64,000 nt of DNA from Rhina ancylostomus. Taxonomy: Eukaryota. This document shows, piece after piece, positions 39,039 to 51,449 of the stretch. Positions within the stretch are counted from its first letter, which is position 1. Each line of letters starts with the position of its first letter. Position numbers and translations under genes: made by a program. The DNA is taken from contig JARFYF010000050.1 of assembly GCA_030265395.1 (NCBI GenBank), forward strand, positions 4,344,730 to 4,408,729, read 5' to 3'. The notes below the pieces were generated by a model, which was not told the origin of the DNA, made no database searches, and was given only the letters and a program-made list of their open reading frames with translations.

Positions 39039-39980
39039 TGTGGTTAAAAGGGCCACTTGGTGTCCTGAGTTGCAGATGCAATAGGCTTTTATTCAACACA
39101 AGCAAATATGCAGGGGAGACCTGGTTGGAGTATCTCCCCCAAAATCAAATACATTGACTTTTTACACCTTTTAAGGTACAAAGATAATAACAAGTGATTA
39201 AATACAATTTCAATGGTTACAATGCATGGTTTATCTCAATATTCTGGGTGTGGACAAATGATTCATAGAACTATACATTTACAAATGGGAGCACATCTTA
39301 TGTTGAGATGAGGTACTTCATGTCAATTTTCTAAAAGCTTCTGAAGACAAAAGAAAACCCATCATCCAGACCATCCTCCTTTTACATATTGTAAGGGGGT
39401 GGCCCTCTGGAGGCACCAACATTCGGGTGTTGATTAACTCAACAAATATGACCATGTTTGAAGTGCTAACTGGCAAAATGCCAAACTGGAATCTCCTGCG
39501 AGCTCATTCTGGGGTTGGAAATACAGGGCAAAAGAGGTGTAAAGCTCAGGATGTCGCACTTCTGATGCCTAGTTCTAATGCCTAGAGCTTCATCTGTTGT
39601 TTCTTTGCATCGATGGATTGTTGCACATGTGTCTCAATGTAGTCATGGCTGGGATTTCAATATGATCCAATTAACCTAGCCCCATTGTCTTTACATTTGG
39701 CCAATGCAAATAAGAATGTCTCATTTGCTTTGTCCCAATGTTTAACAGAAACCTTTATGCAGGTAGCTGTTGAGAGATCAAGTATTGCCTTGACAGTCTC
39801 CAAAGCAAATCTTTTAAGTGGCCTCCCAGGGTGAGCTGGTAGCATGCTCCCTGCATAAACAGCTGCATTTGTTTATGCAGCCATCCTTGTAATTTCAAGA
39901 CCTATACTGCATGTAGGTTACATTTGGAGGTGGTAGGTTAGTTCTTGCTTGTATTAATAGTTACTATACTTTATACCCTC
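39039..39980 (-). mobile_element. Candidate solo LTR (right boundary uncertain)
   Basis: Minus strand shows TATA-like ggtgtaaaaa (about 39160-39168), GGGGAGA/TCTCCCC hairpin (39113-39139), AATAAA (39088-39093) and ends ..ttaaccaCA at 39039. Confidence 0.35.
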
Positions 39981-40089
39981 TGACTATGGTTCCCTATTTC
40001 TTAGCAGTCACAAAGACTTTGAAAATAACATTTACTTTGAGGGGAACAACTGATCTGTCGCACAATGTACAGCTCACAAGCAGCAATTG

Positions 40090-40245
40090 TGGAGACACGA
40101 GACTGCACATGCTAGAATCTGGAGCAACAAACATTCTGCTGGAAGAACTCAGGTCAAGCAACATCTGTGGGAGGCAAGAAACTGTTGACATTTCAGATCA
40201 AAGCCCTGCATTGAACCCTGTTCTTCCAACAGATTGATTGTTGCT
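40090..40245. mobile_element. Penelope-derived terminal fragment
   Basis: ggagacacgagactgcacatgctagaatctggagcaac.. reverse complement of 35250-35375. Confidence 0.7.
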
Positions 40246-40259
40246 CAAGAAGCAATTTG

Positions 40260-41320
40260 TGCAGAAAAAAACAGGAGCTGATGGAAATGAATTTCAGCCT
40301 ATCAAAAAAAATGGATAGAAGATATGATGAGATCGGGAAACCTGAAAACATTTGCTAAAGTTGGGTCATTATTTGGCATGGTACAGCATAATGCCAGATT
40401 TTACAACAGTACTGAGGCCATTGTTGGCTTGGGTAAAAAGAGTCCAGGAGGTCAGTCTTTGTTAGTTCACTATGCCACAGCATTTACATTGAAACTTGCA
40501 TGTAATGCTTCACATTATGGATTGGGAGTTGTAACCTATAATATTTTCTTGAATGATGATGAAGAAAACAATCCTGTGTTATGTAAGTTGATGTAGAATG
40601 TCAGAAACTATACTCAGTTTGAGAAAGACATTTGGGATTGTCTTTGATGTGAAAATGTTTCACCAAATACTACTGGACAGACCTTTTAACCTTGGTCACA
40701 GAGCATAAGACAATGTATTGTAAAATTAGTACATGGAAAAAAAATTAAAATGACTAATTGAATCAGATTAGTCCAGTTGAAGACATGAGGCTGTACTATA
40801 AATGATTATTTGGGTTCTCCGTGGAACAAGGTTGTATTAAATGGGGACATGGCATTGCCAAATAAAGTGCATTGAGAAGACAGATTTTAGAAGAGCACAG
40901 TAATCTTCTGGTACTGTTAGCATGAAGGCAGTTAACTAGAAGTGTTGAGATCTAGAAGGCATTATCCATCAAGAATGCAGAGTCAGTTCAGGAAACATAC
41001 CTTTATCTAGTTGGTAATGACCACTGAGATCTTTCCAAAGAGAATACATTTATTATGATCAGAAAGGGAAATGATAACTTATTAGTACTCAAACAGTCAT
41101 TCAAAATGGATCAAGGGGAAACACAGTAGGCCCAGCACAACAATGGAAATTACCAGAGAATTGAGATCCATTTTCTCATATCCTAATTTACCACAGGAAA
41201 AAAAATCATGAATGGTCATTCTTAGATTTGTTCATTTTTAAGTGTTTTAAGAAATAAAATAGTATTTGATACACACTTATTCTATCATATGATCCAGATT
41301 ACAAGTAAGTCACTTAACTA
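40260..41320 (+). mobile_element. Highly degenerate Ty3/Gypsy pol remnant (RT end - RNase H - integrase)
   Basis: SLFGMVQHNARF (LRSFLG..Y..F), LVHY..LKLACNASHYGLGVV (CDAS.YGVGAV), NYTQFEK, VKMFHQ, PFTLVT.H, then integrase-like HSKW, LRSIFS..LP, YDP; order RT-RH-IN. Confidence 0.75.
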
Positions 41321-41479
41321 CTGTTAGAGATAGACCTGAGAAAATTGTAGAGTTAAATGATTATGGGTGTAATCCAGAAGTTGATGTGATGGAGATAATG
41401 GAAGAAATAACACAAGGTTCTACTTAATTGAGTCAAAAGTGGATGCAGCATCAACAACACAAGTTCTCAGTGATGATCA

Positions 41480-42790
41480 AAATGACTTGGTAAACCTGCA
41501 AATAGTTTAGGTCCTGCAGGTGATATGTATGAGTTTCCTTCCAAAATACGGAAACTAGTGATGTGTATATAAATGTATGGCATATACATGTGATGTGCAC
41601 AGTGCAGTTGGAGAGAGTTAAATAAATCAGTTGCACATGATCTAGCAGATCTCCGTGGTCTCTTCCAGTTTTTCAATATAGACTCAGATGTGAAGCAAGG
41701 AAATGGTGCATATACACATACGTTACAACATTGTTCCATTCTGACAAGAAAATCAGTGCCAAGAAGCCGGGCATTGATATCTGCAGAAAGAAGGAAGAAT
41801 GAGTAGATTCAGCAAAAAACTTAGAAATATAGACCATTCATTCACTTTGAAGCAATGTTTGTTGAAGAACAAGAAAAAGATGACAACATGATCCAGCCTT
41901 TTACAGAAACTTGCAAGAACAACATGGTGTTGAGGAACAAAAATTCTCCACTTGGCCATTTTGGCTTTATTGTGCTGCACCACAGAGTATGGACGGACAA
42001 TCACCACACCAAGATGCTGAATATGCAACTAAACAGGATGTGCATATTGTGGAACAGTAAAAGTCAATAGCATTAACTAGTTCCCAACACTGGTGAACAT
42101 CACGTCCTGAGACTTTAGATGAGAAACTTCTATTGCCGTCTTCACCAGTTGCACTTTTGGTATCTCATTGCAACCAATTTACAACAGGATGGAAGACATG
42201 CCAGGAGTAAAGCTGAAATCAAGACAAATACCCCGGGAAAGGCTCCATCAATGTATCTTGTTTAATAGCAAGGAACAAAGATCTTAATATAACTGTATTT
42301 TGTATGAAGACCTCTATCACTGACCTAACAGAACCAATGCTTGCCATGCAACACACAGGCAGCCCTAACCCAGATGCAAGGAAACAAAAAGATTTTTTTT
42401 ACACAATGGAAATTAAAATCAAATTGACACTGCAACAACAAAGGTCAAACAAGGGAACACATCAAAGTTTCCCACTTTGTATCTTTCCCATGGCCTGTGG
42501 CCAACTTCATGCAGTCACACCAGATGCCATAAACTGTCTCCAAAATTGCTGCAAAGGCATATGATAAGAAAACTGGAAAAAATGACACTGTTAGAGTTGT
42601 CTAATCAAGCTGTTGTCTGATACCCCATATGCATGTTTCCAGCTTGAAGGCTGTTAAGTTTTTTGTCTTAATTTACTGGTTCCAATGCAAACAGTTTAAA
42701 TTTTGGGTTACATGCTGTGTACTTCAGTGACAATGAACTTGCATTCCATGCCATTTTGAACACGTGCATTTGAACAGCATCAGAAGCTCT
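41480..42790 (+). mobile_element. Very old RTE-clade LINE remnant
   Basis: Scattered RTE motifs in the correct order across frameshifts: DVKQG, DD, FTETCK, FG..LHHRVW..HHTK.LN, VPTL, LHQLH, GWK, ..K.KDF..TM. Confidence 0.5.
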
Positions 42791-43899
42791 CTCTGTTGCT
42801 CTCTCTCTCGGCACAAGTTAAGAACACATTTTTCCGAACTATTCTGTCCAACTTTATGTTTAAAACAACAGCAAATAGGATCATATAGTCAAATAACTTT
42901 ATTCAAATTGTGTGTTGCACCTTCTAAAAATTATTTAAACTATTTTAATTTCAATCCTTGAAATTGTTCCCCTCCAAGATCCCCACTAAGGTGATGTTTG
43001 TTGTCTATAAATATTCCTCAGATGGCCAGACCAATCCAAATTTATATTGATTGACTCAATCAACTCTGTCTCCAACTGCATTCTGGGGTTTATACCTCCC
43101 ACTCTTTATCTTCATGGCTACTGGTTTTGGCACAAGATTAGTTATGTTTCCTGGCAGGTTATCCTTACTGACTTGCTATGTTTCCTCATTTTTATCCATA
43201 GTTACACAGGCCTAGGGTGCATGCTCAGATTCAGATGTGAACAAGTTTGTCTCAGATAAGGTCATGGCCAGATTATCAGTTTACTGTCCCCTTGTAAATA
43301 TAAATAGTGCTTCATTTTGAGCTGTGCTTTTTATTATCAAAATATATTTTTTTCCCTCTGTGTGACCATTTGAGAATCAAGAGGATAATTCCAAAGAGAG
43401 GATCAAAAAAATGGATCAATCAGGTTCCTATAATATAAACAACCCCTCTTAAATTTAACTGTATCATTGCAAGAGCTGTCAAAAGTTTTGGGCACTTTAA
43501 AGGGTCCATTATGGGTAATTATACAGAGGTTTTATGAAATCTAAGAATCAAAGAAACATGCATCTCCCCCATGCCGAAGTTTTTCCTCAATGATTGCACA
43601 CCTTCTCTTCAACTGCAGTGGCATCCAGATAACCATAACCAATTCATCTTAGAGTTGGGAAGCCTCCTGCCAGCCAAAATCCCATTCCTATTCACTGGCC
43701 AGATAATGGCTCTTGTAAGGATCAGAAAGGTAATTCACCTGAGAGCTGGAAGTGAGACCTGAGCACTCTTTGAGATTGTTAGTTTTACTGCCACCTGCAA
43801 GTTTGAGACTTATCATGCTACCCTTGTAGTCTCATGCCTGATATGCCTATCCAGTTCGCGCTAACAATCACTTCTTGTATTTAGGCAGGAATGAAAGAG

Positions 43900-44010
43900 C
43901 AGAAGTTCTGACGAAGGATCTTCAACCTGAAAAGTTAACTCCGTTTTCCTTTCCACAGATGATGCCTGACCTTCGGAGTTTTTCCCCAGCATTCTCTGTT
44001 TTCAATGTTG
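43900..44010 (+). mobile_element. Penelope-derived terminus with hammerhead-like motif (43904-43940)
   Basis: AGTT CTGACGA AGG atcttcaa CCT GAAA aGTT AACT followed by ttccacagatgatgcctgacc..ccagcattctctg. Confidence 0.7.
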
Positions 44011-44088
44011 TTCCTCAGCTTTATTTTGAAGTGGCAATCCTGATTATCAACAATGTTATTGATGTGATGTATTTTAGGTCACGGCTAA

Positions 44089-44316
<228 letters not shown>

Positions 44317-44419
44317 TAAGTGTTGGTCCCTTTTAGCCAGAGAGTAAAGATGAGCCAATGAAATTAAGTGGCAACCCAGAAAAATTTGAGTTGGGTTTTA
44401 ACCATTCACCATACTTGCG

Positions 44420-45495
44420 ACTTAGATGATACATCAGAAGCTACATAACTAAGTTTGCCAGTGAGACAAAGGAAGACATCATTTTGACTAGTGTAGAAAG
44501 TGATGTTAAATTACAAAAATATCAATATATTAAGCAAAATGGCAAAAGGATTTCAGTGTTGGCAAATGAATTTTAATGTTAGTAAATGGGAGGCCACACA
44601 CCAGGTAGGACTAGGTAGGACTGGCTAAAACTGGAAGCAGAGGAGGTTCAGGGACCCGGAGTTCAGTGCATAAGTTATTAAAATCTCATAGAGGGATGCA
44701 AACTATAACCAAGAAGTCTAATAAAATGCTGGCCTTTATATCTGGAAGACAACATTAAGATATCTTTATTAGTCACATGTACATCAAAACACACAAGTGA
44801 AATACATTTTTTTTGTGTAGCGTTCTGGGGGCAGCCCACAAGTGTCGCCACACTTCTGGCATCAACATAGCATGCCCACAACTTCCTAAGCCATATGTCT
44901 TTGGAATGTGGGAGGAAACCGGAGGAAACCCATGCAGACATGGGGAGAATGTACAAACTCCTTACAGACAGCACCCGGAATTGAGCCTGGGTCACTGGTG
45001 CTATAAAGTGTTATGCTAACCACCACACTACTCTGTAGCCGTTATGCAAGTCTCTAGTTAAACCACACAGAGATAATGCAAATTGTAGAAACGCACCTTG
45101 AATTTCAAGGGTTAAATTACAAAGAAAAATATGGCTGTATTCCCTGGGATACAGAAAGTTACTTGGGGTGGGGGGCAATATCATTCTGGTTTCAAAATAT
45201 TAGATGGAATTGATAACTTAAAAAATATTATTTGCTGGTGGGACCAGGAAGCATAGTTTAAAAACTAGATTATGCTTGGGGAACACTTCTGCATGCAGAG
45301 GGTGATAGAAATCTGCAACGATTAATTGATAGTTGTCAATTGTTAACTTTATCCTAGATATTGAGAGATTTTTATTAACCAGACTATTAAGTGATATGAG
45401 GTATAGGCAGCCAAATGATTAGGTCACAAATCAGCCGTGATGTCATTACACGAAACAGACTTGGGAGATGAAATGACCTATTCCTGTTTCCATGT
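44420..45495 (+). mobile_element. Old CR1-clade LINE fragment interrupted by V-SINE
   Basis: KFASETK (FADDTK-like), WQMNFN, NKMLAFI before the SINE; resumes after 45040; tail gaaatgacctattcctgtt. Confidence 0.6.
44755..45040 (-). repeat. V-SINE, near full length
   Basis: Reverse complement of 20036-20263 family (tgtgggaggaaaccggaggaaaccc..gggagaatgtacaaactcc..gaattgagcc); includes 3' tail tttattagtcacatgtac. Confidence 0.85.
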
Positions 45496-45551
45496 GTCTA
45501 ACTATCTAAAACTGTTGTGATATAGTTGTACACTGTTTCAATATTCAATAC

Positions 45552-46138
45552 TAAACATCACCAATAGCCTGCCCTGGTCCAACCACATCGATGCCATGGT
45601 CAAGAATGCTCACTAGCGCCTCTACTTCTTCAGGAGGCTAAAGAAATGTGGCATGTCCCCGTCGACCCTCACTAATTTTTATTGATGCACCATAAAAAAC
45701 ATCCTACCTGGATGCATTATAGCTTCAGTCTACACTTCTTGCTGCCTTGGTAAAGCAGCCAGCATAATCAAAGACCCCATCCACCCCAGATATTCTTTCC
45801 TCTCCCCTCTCCCATTGGGCAGAAGATACAAAAGCCTGAAAGCATGTACCACCGGGCTCAAGGACAGCTTCTATCCCACTGTTATAAGATTATTGAATAG
45901 TCCCCTAGTATGATAAAATGGACTCTTGACCTCATCATCTACCTCGTTATGATCTTGCACCTTATGGTCTACCTGCACTGCACTTTCTCTGTAACTATAA
46001 CACTTTATTCTGCATTCTGTTATTGTTTTACTTTGTACTACCTCGATGCACTGTGTAATGAATTGACCTGTATGAATGGTATGCAAAATAACTTTTTCAC
46101 TGTACCTCAGTACATGTGACAATAATAAACCAATTCTA
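45552..46138 (+). mobile_element. Rex1/Babar LINE 3' end
   Basis: NITNSLPWSNHID..RLYFFRRLKK.GMS..LTNFY, IIKDPIHP, GRRYKSLKACTTGLKDSFYPTVIRLLN; tail gtacatgtgacaataataaac. Confidence 0.88.
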
Positions 46139-46713
46139 ATTTATGAAGTGAAGGAATATGACTTGCCTTTCAATATTAAGTAACCAACGATTACTTTTAT
46201 GCTGCTCATAATGAAGGTTTGAAAGCAGCATACTCATGCCATCTCTAAGCAATGAAGTGTGGTACCTTCACAATAAAACAATCCAGATCTCTAGGTCCAT
46301 CACATGTATATCTGTTCTTATGTACACCTTGACAAATAACAGCCCCACTTGCTACCTTATATGCCTGCTACCTCCTTGATCAATATTTCTTCTAATGTTA
46401 CCATCTTGCCGATATGTACTAACTGTCCCTTCATCCATCATGGACACCTATCCCCATCACACCAACTCATGCCTATAATCTCTAGTCTGCTTCCTCCCTG
46501 TATGTTCCATTCAGTTTCAGAGAAAGTAATATTTGCCCTTTGGTAGTTTTTAAAAGAAAGATTAAAAGCATTTATTAGTTTCAGAATTATACAAAAGTAC
46601 CTGCAATCTAAAATTAATCTTCAATGAATGACTGTGTTATCACTTCAGCTGAGAGATTTGATCATATGGAGTTCATTGCAGTTTACTCTAATAAATTCTT
46701 TCTACCATTTTAG

Positions 46714-46776
46714 TTTCTACGCAGCAGAGATTGCAGTTGGCCTGTTCTTCTTGCATCAGAAGGGGATCATTTACAG
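46714..46776 (+). CDS. PRKCA: PKC alpha exon (human exon 12 equivalent)
   Basis: ttttag| acceptor, AG|gtatgt donor; 63 nt; [20 protein letters not shown](R); phases match both neighbours; not in ORF track. Confidence 0.95.
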
Positions 46777-46814
46777 GTATGTGAGTTAATGCTGAATGAA
46801 AAATAATGATAATA

Positions 46815-47880
46815 AGCAAAGTGCAGATGCTGCAAATCTGAAATCTAAGGAAAAATTGACCAGGGAGCACCTGTGGAGAGAGAAAGATACTCTTCAAGTC
46901 ACTACGCTTCCATCAGCACTAGGAAAGCAAATGTGGCAGGGAAGATGGAGGGATGGAAAGAACAAAGGTAATGACCAAGAGAGACTGACACAAAAGATGG
47001 TGAAGGCTTGTTAATCATAGCTGATCTTTCATGAAGAGTTGTAAATAGAAAGAGGTGAATGAGGACAGTGGAGAGAGGGGGGGGGAGGAGTCAGGAATTG
47101 TAATACAGAGCAGGTGCTGTAAATCTGAAATAAAATAGAACTCTGGAAATACCCAGGTCAGACAGCATCAGTGGAAAGAGTAACAGGTCAATGATCTTTC
47201 ATCAGAACAAGCAGGTTCTGACACAAACTGGAAAGGCTGGTTATATGAAATTGTTGAATTCAATGTTGAGATCTTAGGCTGCACCCTGCCTAGTCAGAAA
47301 ATGAGTTGCTGTTCCTCAAGCTTAAATTGGGCTTTGTTGGAGCAGTGCAAGAGGCCAAACATGACACGGTCAAAGTGAGAGAGGGATGGAGAATTAAAGT
47401 GATAGATAACTGGAATCTCAAGGTCTCATTTACAGACTGAACAGAGGCATTTTACAAGGCAATTGCTCATTATTAGTTTCATTTCTCCAATATAGAGATG
47501 ACCAACTGTGGTAAACTAAATTGTAAGAAGTAGTGTAAGGACTCCATTTAATTCTCCCAGTTTTCTGGCTCCATTATATCTGTTCTGATAATATGACTCT
47601 CCACACGAGTCTTCAAGATATCTTCCTACGTTGTTAACTATGGCCTCCCCTCCACCATAGTTGACAAGGCTATCAACTGCATCTCTTCCATTTTTAACAC
47701 TCCTGCACACTCATTCCCTCTATTCCTTCCAGAACAAGGGGGTTCCCCCCGTCCTCACTTTCCATCCCACCAGCATTAACATCCAAAAGAATGTCCCTTA
47801 TCACTTCTGTCAGCTTTAATGCAATCCCATCACCGAGCATACTTGGTCTTCCTCCTTCACTGTTCCCTCTGCGATTCCCC
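46815..47880 (-). mobile_element. Penelope-like element with inverted 5' segment (47535-47880 on +)
   Basis: Minus: KLEEQQLIF.LGRVQPK.LNIEFNNF + tandem terminal repeats; plus: DS..SQFL..ICSD, PSTIVDKA..ISS, VPPVLTFHPTSINIQ. Confidence 0.8.
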
Positions 47881-47889
47881 AGTTCATGC

Positions 47890-48470
47890 CAAGGGGTGTA
47901 AGGCCATAGCTCTCTGAAAATGACAACGCAGCTGGATAAGGTAGTGGAAGTGGCATCTGGTATGCTTTCCTTCATAGGCTGAGGCATTGAGAATAAGAGT
48001 TGGAACATTACGTTGCAGTTCTACAAAACATTGTTTAGATCCCATTTGGAATATTGTGTACACTTCTGGTTACCATACTACAGGAATGATGTAGTGGCAA
48101 TAGAATGCAGAAGCAATTCACCTGGATGTTGCCTGGAATGGAGCACTGTTTTTGTAAGGAGAGGTTGGATCGGCTGGATTTATTTTCACTGGAATACAGT
48201 AGGCTGAGGGGTGACCTCATGGAGGTTTATAAAATTACGAGGGACATAGATAGGATAGATAGTTAGAATCTTTTTCCCAGAGCAAGGGAGTTTAGAATTA
48301 AAGGACACAGGTTTAAGGTGAGAGGGAGAAATTTAAAGAAGATCTCGGATAGGTTTTTCACATGGAGTTTGATGACTATCAAGAAGGACCTGCCAGAGGA
48401 GGTAGTGAATACAAAATTATGTTTAAAAGCCTTTGAATAGGTACCTGACATAGAGGAATATGGGAATATT
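47890..48470 (+). mobile_element. CR1-clade LINE 3' fragment
   Basis: QFYKTLFRSHLEYCVHFWLPYYR.DV, LRGDLMEVYKI, KGHRFKV. Confidence 0.85.
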
Positions 48471-49583
48471 TCTAGATTTTGTTTTTGTAATGATTAAATG
48501 AATAAGCCTGTTCATTGTTCCAACATAAGCACATAGTTGCAAAGAAATAAAGCATCAAATAATACAACTCACTTGTTTGAAAATCAGTAACATCAATGTC
48601 TATCTGTTGCCATCAGTGATCTGTTCTTGGTGAAGTAATATCATTAAAAAAAAATCAGATGTCTGAATGAAAACATGTTACCATCCAGTACTCCCTAAGA
48701 GGAACACTATATTCTGTACTCAGAATTTTTCCAAGATGTCCTGAGATAAGTCCAGGATGTGTAGAATAAAAGGTTGACATGATGTTTTATGGTTTTCTAA
48801 TTGCATGGTAACTCCCATTGGTGACTGAAGCAGATGCAGATTGCTGCTAATGGGTCTGCTGTCTGATAAAGAGTCTAAAGCAATGGCTCCCATCCCAAGG
48901 CTTTCATTCACAAAGATCAGGAACCACTGGCCTAAAGAATGAAAATGTGAAAAAGAATCTTAATAAATAATAAACTAAATTTTCCACAAAAGCCAGCAGA
49001 CTCTTAGTTTTTAAGCAATTAGCCAAGTAGAAGGCTAGAGTGCAGCTTTCCACTATAATGAAGTCCCAGTCCACTGACAACCTTGCTGTGTTGAAGTCCA
49101 ACGGCTGAGCACTGTGAGCAAATTTCCCAGGCCTTAGGCCTTAGGCCCTAGGCCCACTGAGCCCAGCTCAGGTTAGATCTACAGAATACACTGGGAACAA
49201 ATGACTGTTGGAAAATTTAAATGAACTATTACGTTCAGCGAGCTTAAGTCTATTTAATCTCATAAACCTGTCTTTTTTTCCATTATAAACTCTGATTTTT
49301 AAAATTATTTTTATTTAAATAGTGCCTATATCTCTTTGAATGTGAAGATATTGATAAGCATTCAGTTTCAATAACAGATGCTACCCGACATGCTACATAT
49401 TTTCAGCATCATTTCAGTCTTCCATTTCAGTTTTCCAGCATCCACAGCTTTTTTTCCAAATATATTCTTCAACTGCTGCTCCTTGTTTCACAAGGCACAT
49501 TAGACTATGTAATTGGCAGAAAATCTACTTTCAAAATCATAAGATATCAAAAGTGAATATTTTCTTGCTTAATGTGCAATTAA

Positions 49584-49790
<207 letters not shown>

Positions 49791-51449
49791 TAAAGGCTTT
49801 ATCAATGTGGCCACCTTTTCAACAACTCCTAACGTATTTCTGTTGCATTTTGTAAAGTGAGCATAGTTTATTTTGAAAAGTGCAACAATGATCTTAATTA
49901 AAGGCCATCTTCCCTCAAATGTTAATATTAGCAGTAAATTGCATCTCAGTTTTCTGCTATGTTGCATATTGGTGCTTAGAGCTACTTGATCTAAAGAAAC
50001 ATTAATTGACAATATTGGTTCATGCATGCAATTTTTAATTCATACCATAAAAATCCCAGTAAACATTTTCAGAGATGTAATGGGCATTTCACTTCCTCCA
50101 AATTTTATTCCTTATTTCTCCACTCACTCATGAAGGTGCAAATTTATATGGGATGCAATTAAACAACTGCCTACAATTTTCACCCAAGTGAAGACCCTTT
50201 ACATGCGAGTTTGGACAATAAATGTAACAGGCCAGTTAACCTTGGAGACCAAACCTTGTTTACCAGGGAAACATATAGTGCTGTTTCCATTCAGTGCCGA
50301 ATAGCAATTAGGAGTGGGATGGGATCCAGGTTGTTCCTTTCCTTTCTTCCAATTTCAAGATCACTGATAAGATCAACTAATTCAGCATCTCTAAGTGCAG
50401 CTTTATTTACCAGCTGACTTGCGGTATGGGATAATTCAATTTAATATATTATAATNNNNNNNNNNNNNNNNNNNNNNNNNNNNNNNNNNNNNNNNNNNNN
50501 NNNNNNNNNNNNNNNNNNNNNNNNNNNNNNNCGAGGGCAGATGCATACCTAAACTGGCCTCAGCTCCATTGTTAAACTCAATTGGTAGCAGTTAAGTGAA
50601 GACTTCTGTCCTTAGCTGACCCTGAGTCACTGCAGCAGAGCAGACGTACAGCCACATCATGTGCGTGTTCAATTATAGGTCTCATTAGAACTACATATAC
50701 GTACCCTTTTTCTCAGTTGTTGAAATGAAGGCCAGATCAGAAAAGAACCACATCTCCCGGATAATACTATTTAGAATGAAGGAGTTTTATTTTTAGTGTG
50801 ACCCAGAGATAACCCCAAAGTCATCTGAGCCTGACAAGTAACGGTTTGTTTTTGATGATGTCTTTGTTTAACATCCTTCAGACACCTAAGGAAATAATAA
50901 GCCTTACCCATATTTCCTCCTTTAAATCTTTCTGAACCAAAGGTTGCTCAATAGGCATTTATTCAGACAATAGCCACAACTATGGATGCTGCAAATTTGA
51001 CTGTTTAGCCTTCTAAACTTCCTTAATACTCTAATGGGACCTGAAGCAGCACTAACTTGTAAAGTTAATTAACGCTGTAGTTTTATTGTGCAGTCTAAAG
51101 GGAAAGAGCTTAGTTTCCCTGCTTTATATCTCTCTCAATCCATAGTCAACTAAAATGTCCACCAAATTGCTTCCTTCGTCTGCTCTTTGATGACATTTAC
51201 CCTTTTAACAAAATGCAACATTGTATAATTTGTACAGTTCCCCAAGTCACTAATATGAAAAGAGTTCTCTAGGCTAATTAATTCTTAGAGTGGACCAACT
51301 GGACTAATTAAGGGTGCTCATCCCAACTGGGCATCATTTGTAACACACTAACGAGTACCTTGGTAACACAAGAACACCCGAACTATGCTGCCTTCTGTTA
51401 TTGCGTTCTCTCAATATCAATTATTTTGATTCAGTGTCCATCTGTTTTT

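Noticed and set aside
39039-41320. Candidate LTR plus Gypsy pol as one provirus
   Set aside because: Apparent opposite orientations, no gag/PBS between them and no second LTR found
49129-49155. aggccttaggccttaggccctaggccc as telomere-like repeat
   Set aside because: 7-bp unit, under 4 copies, not TTAGGG; local slippage
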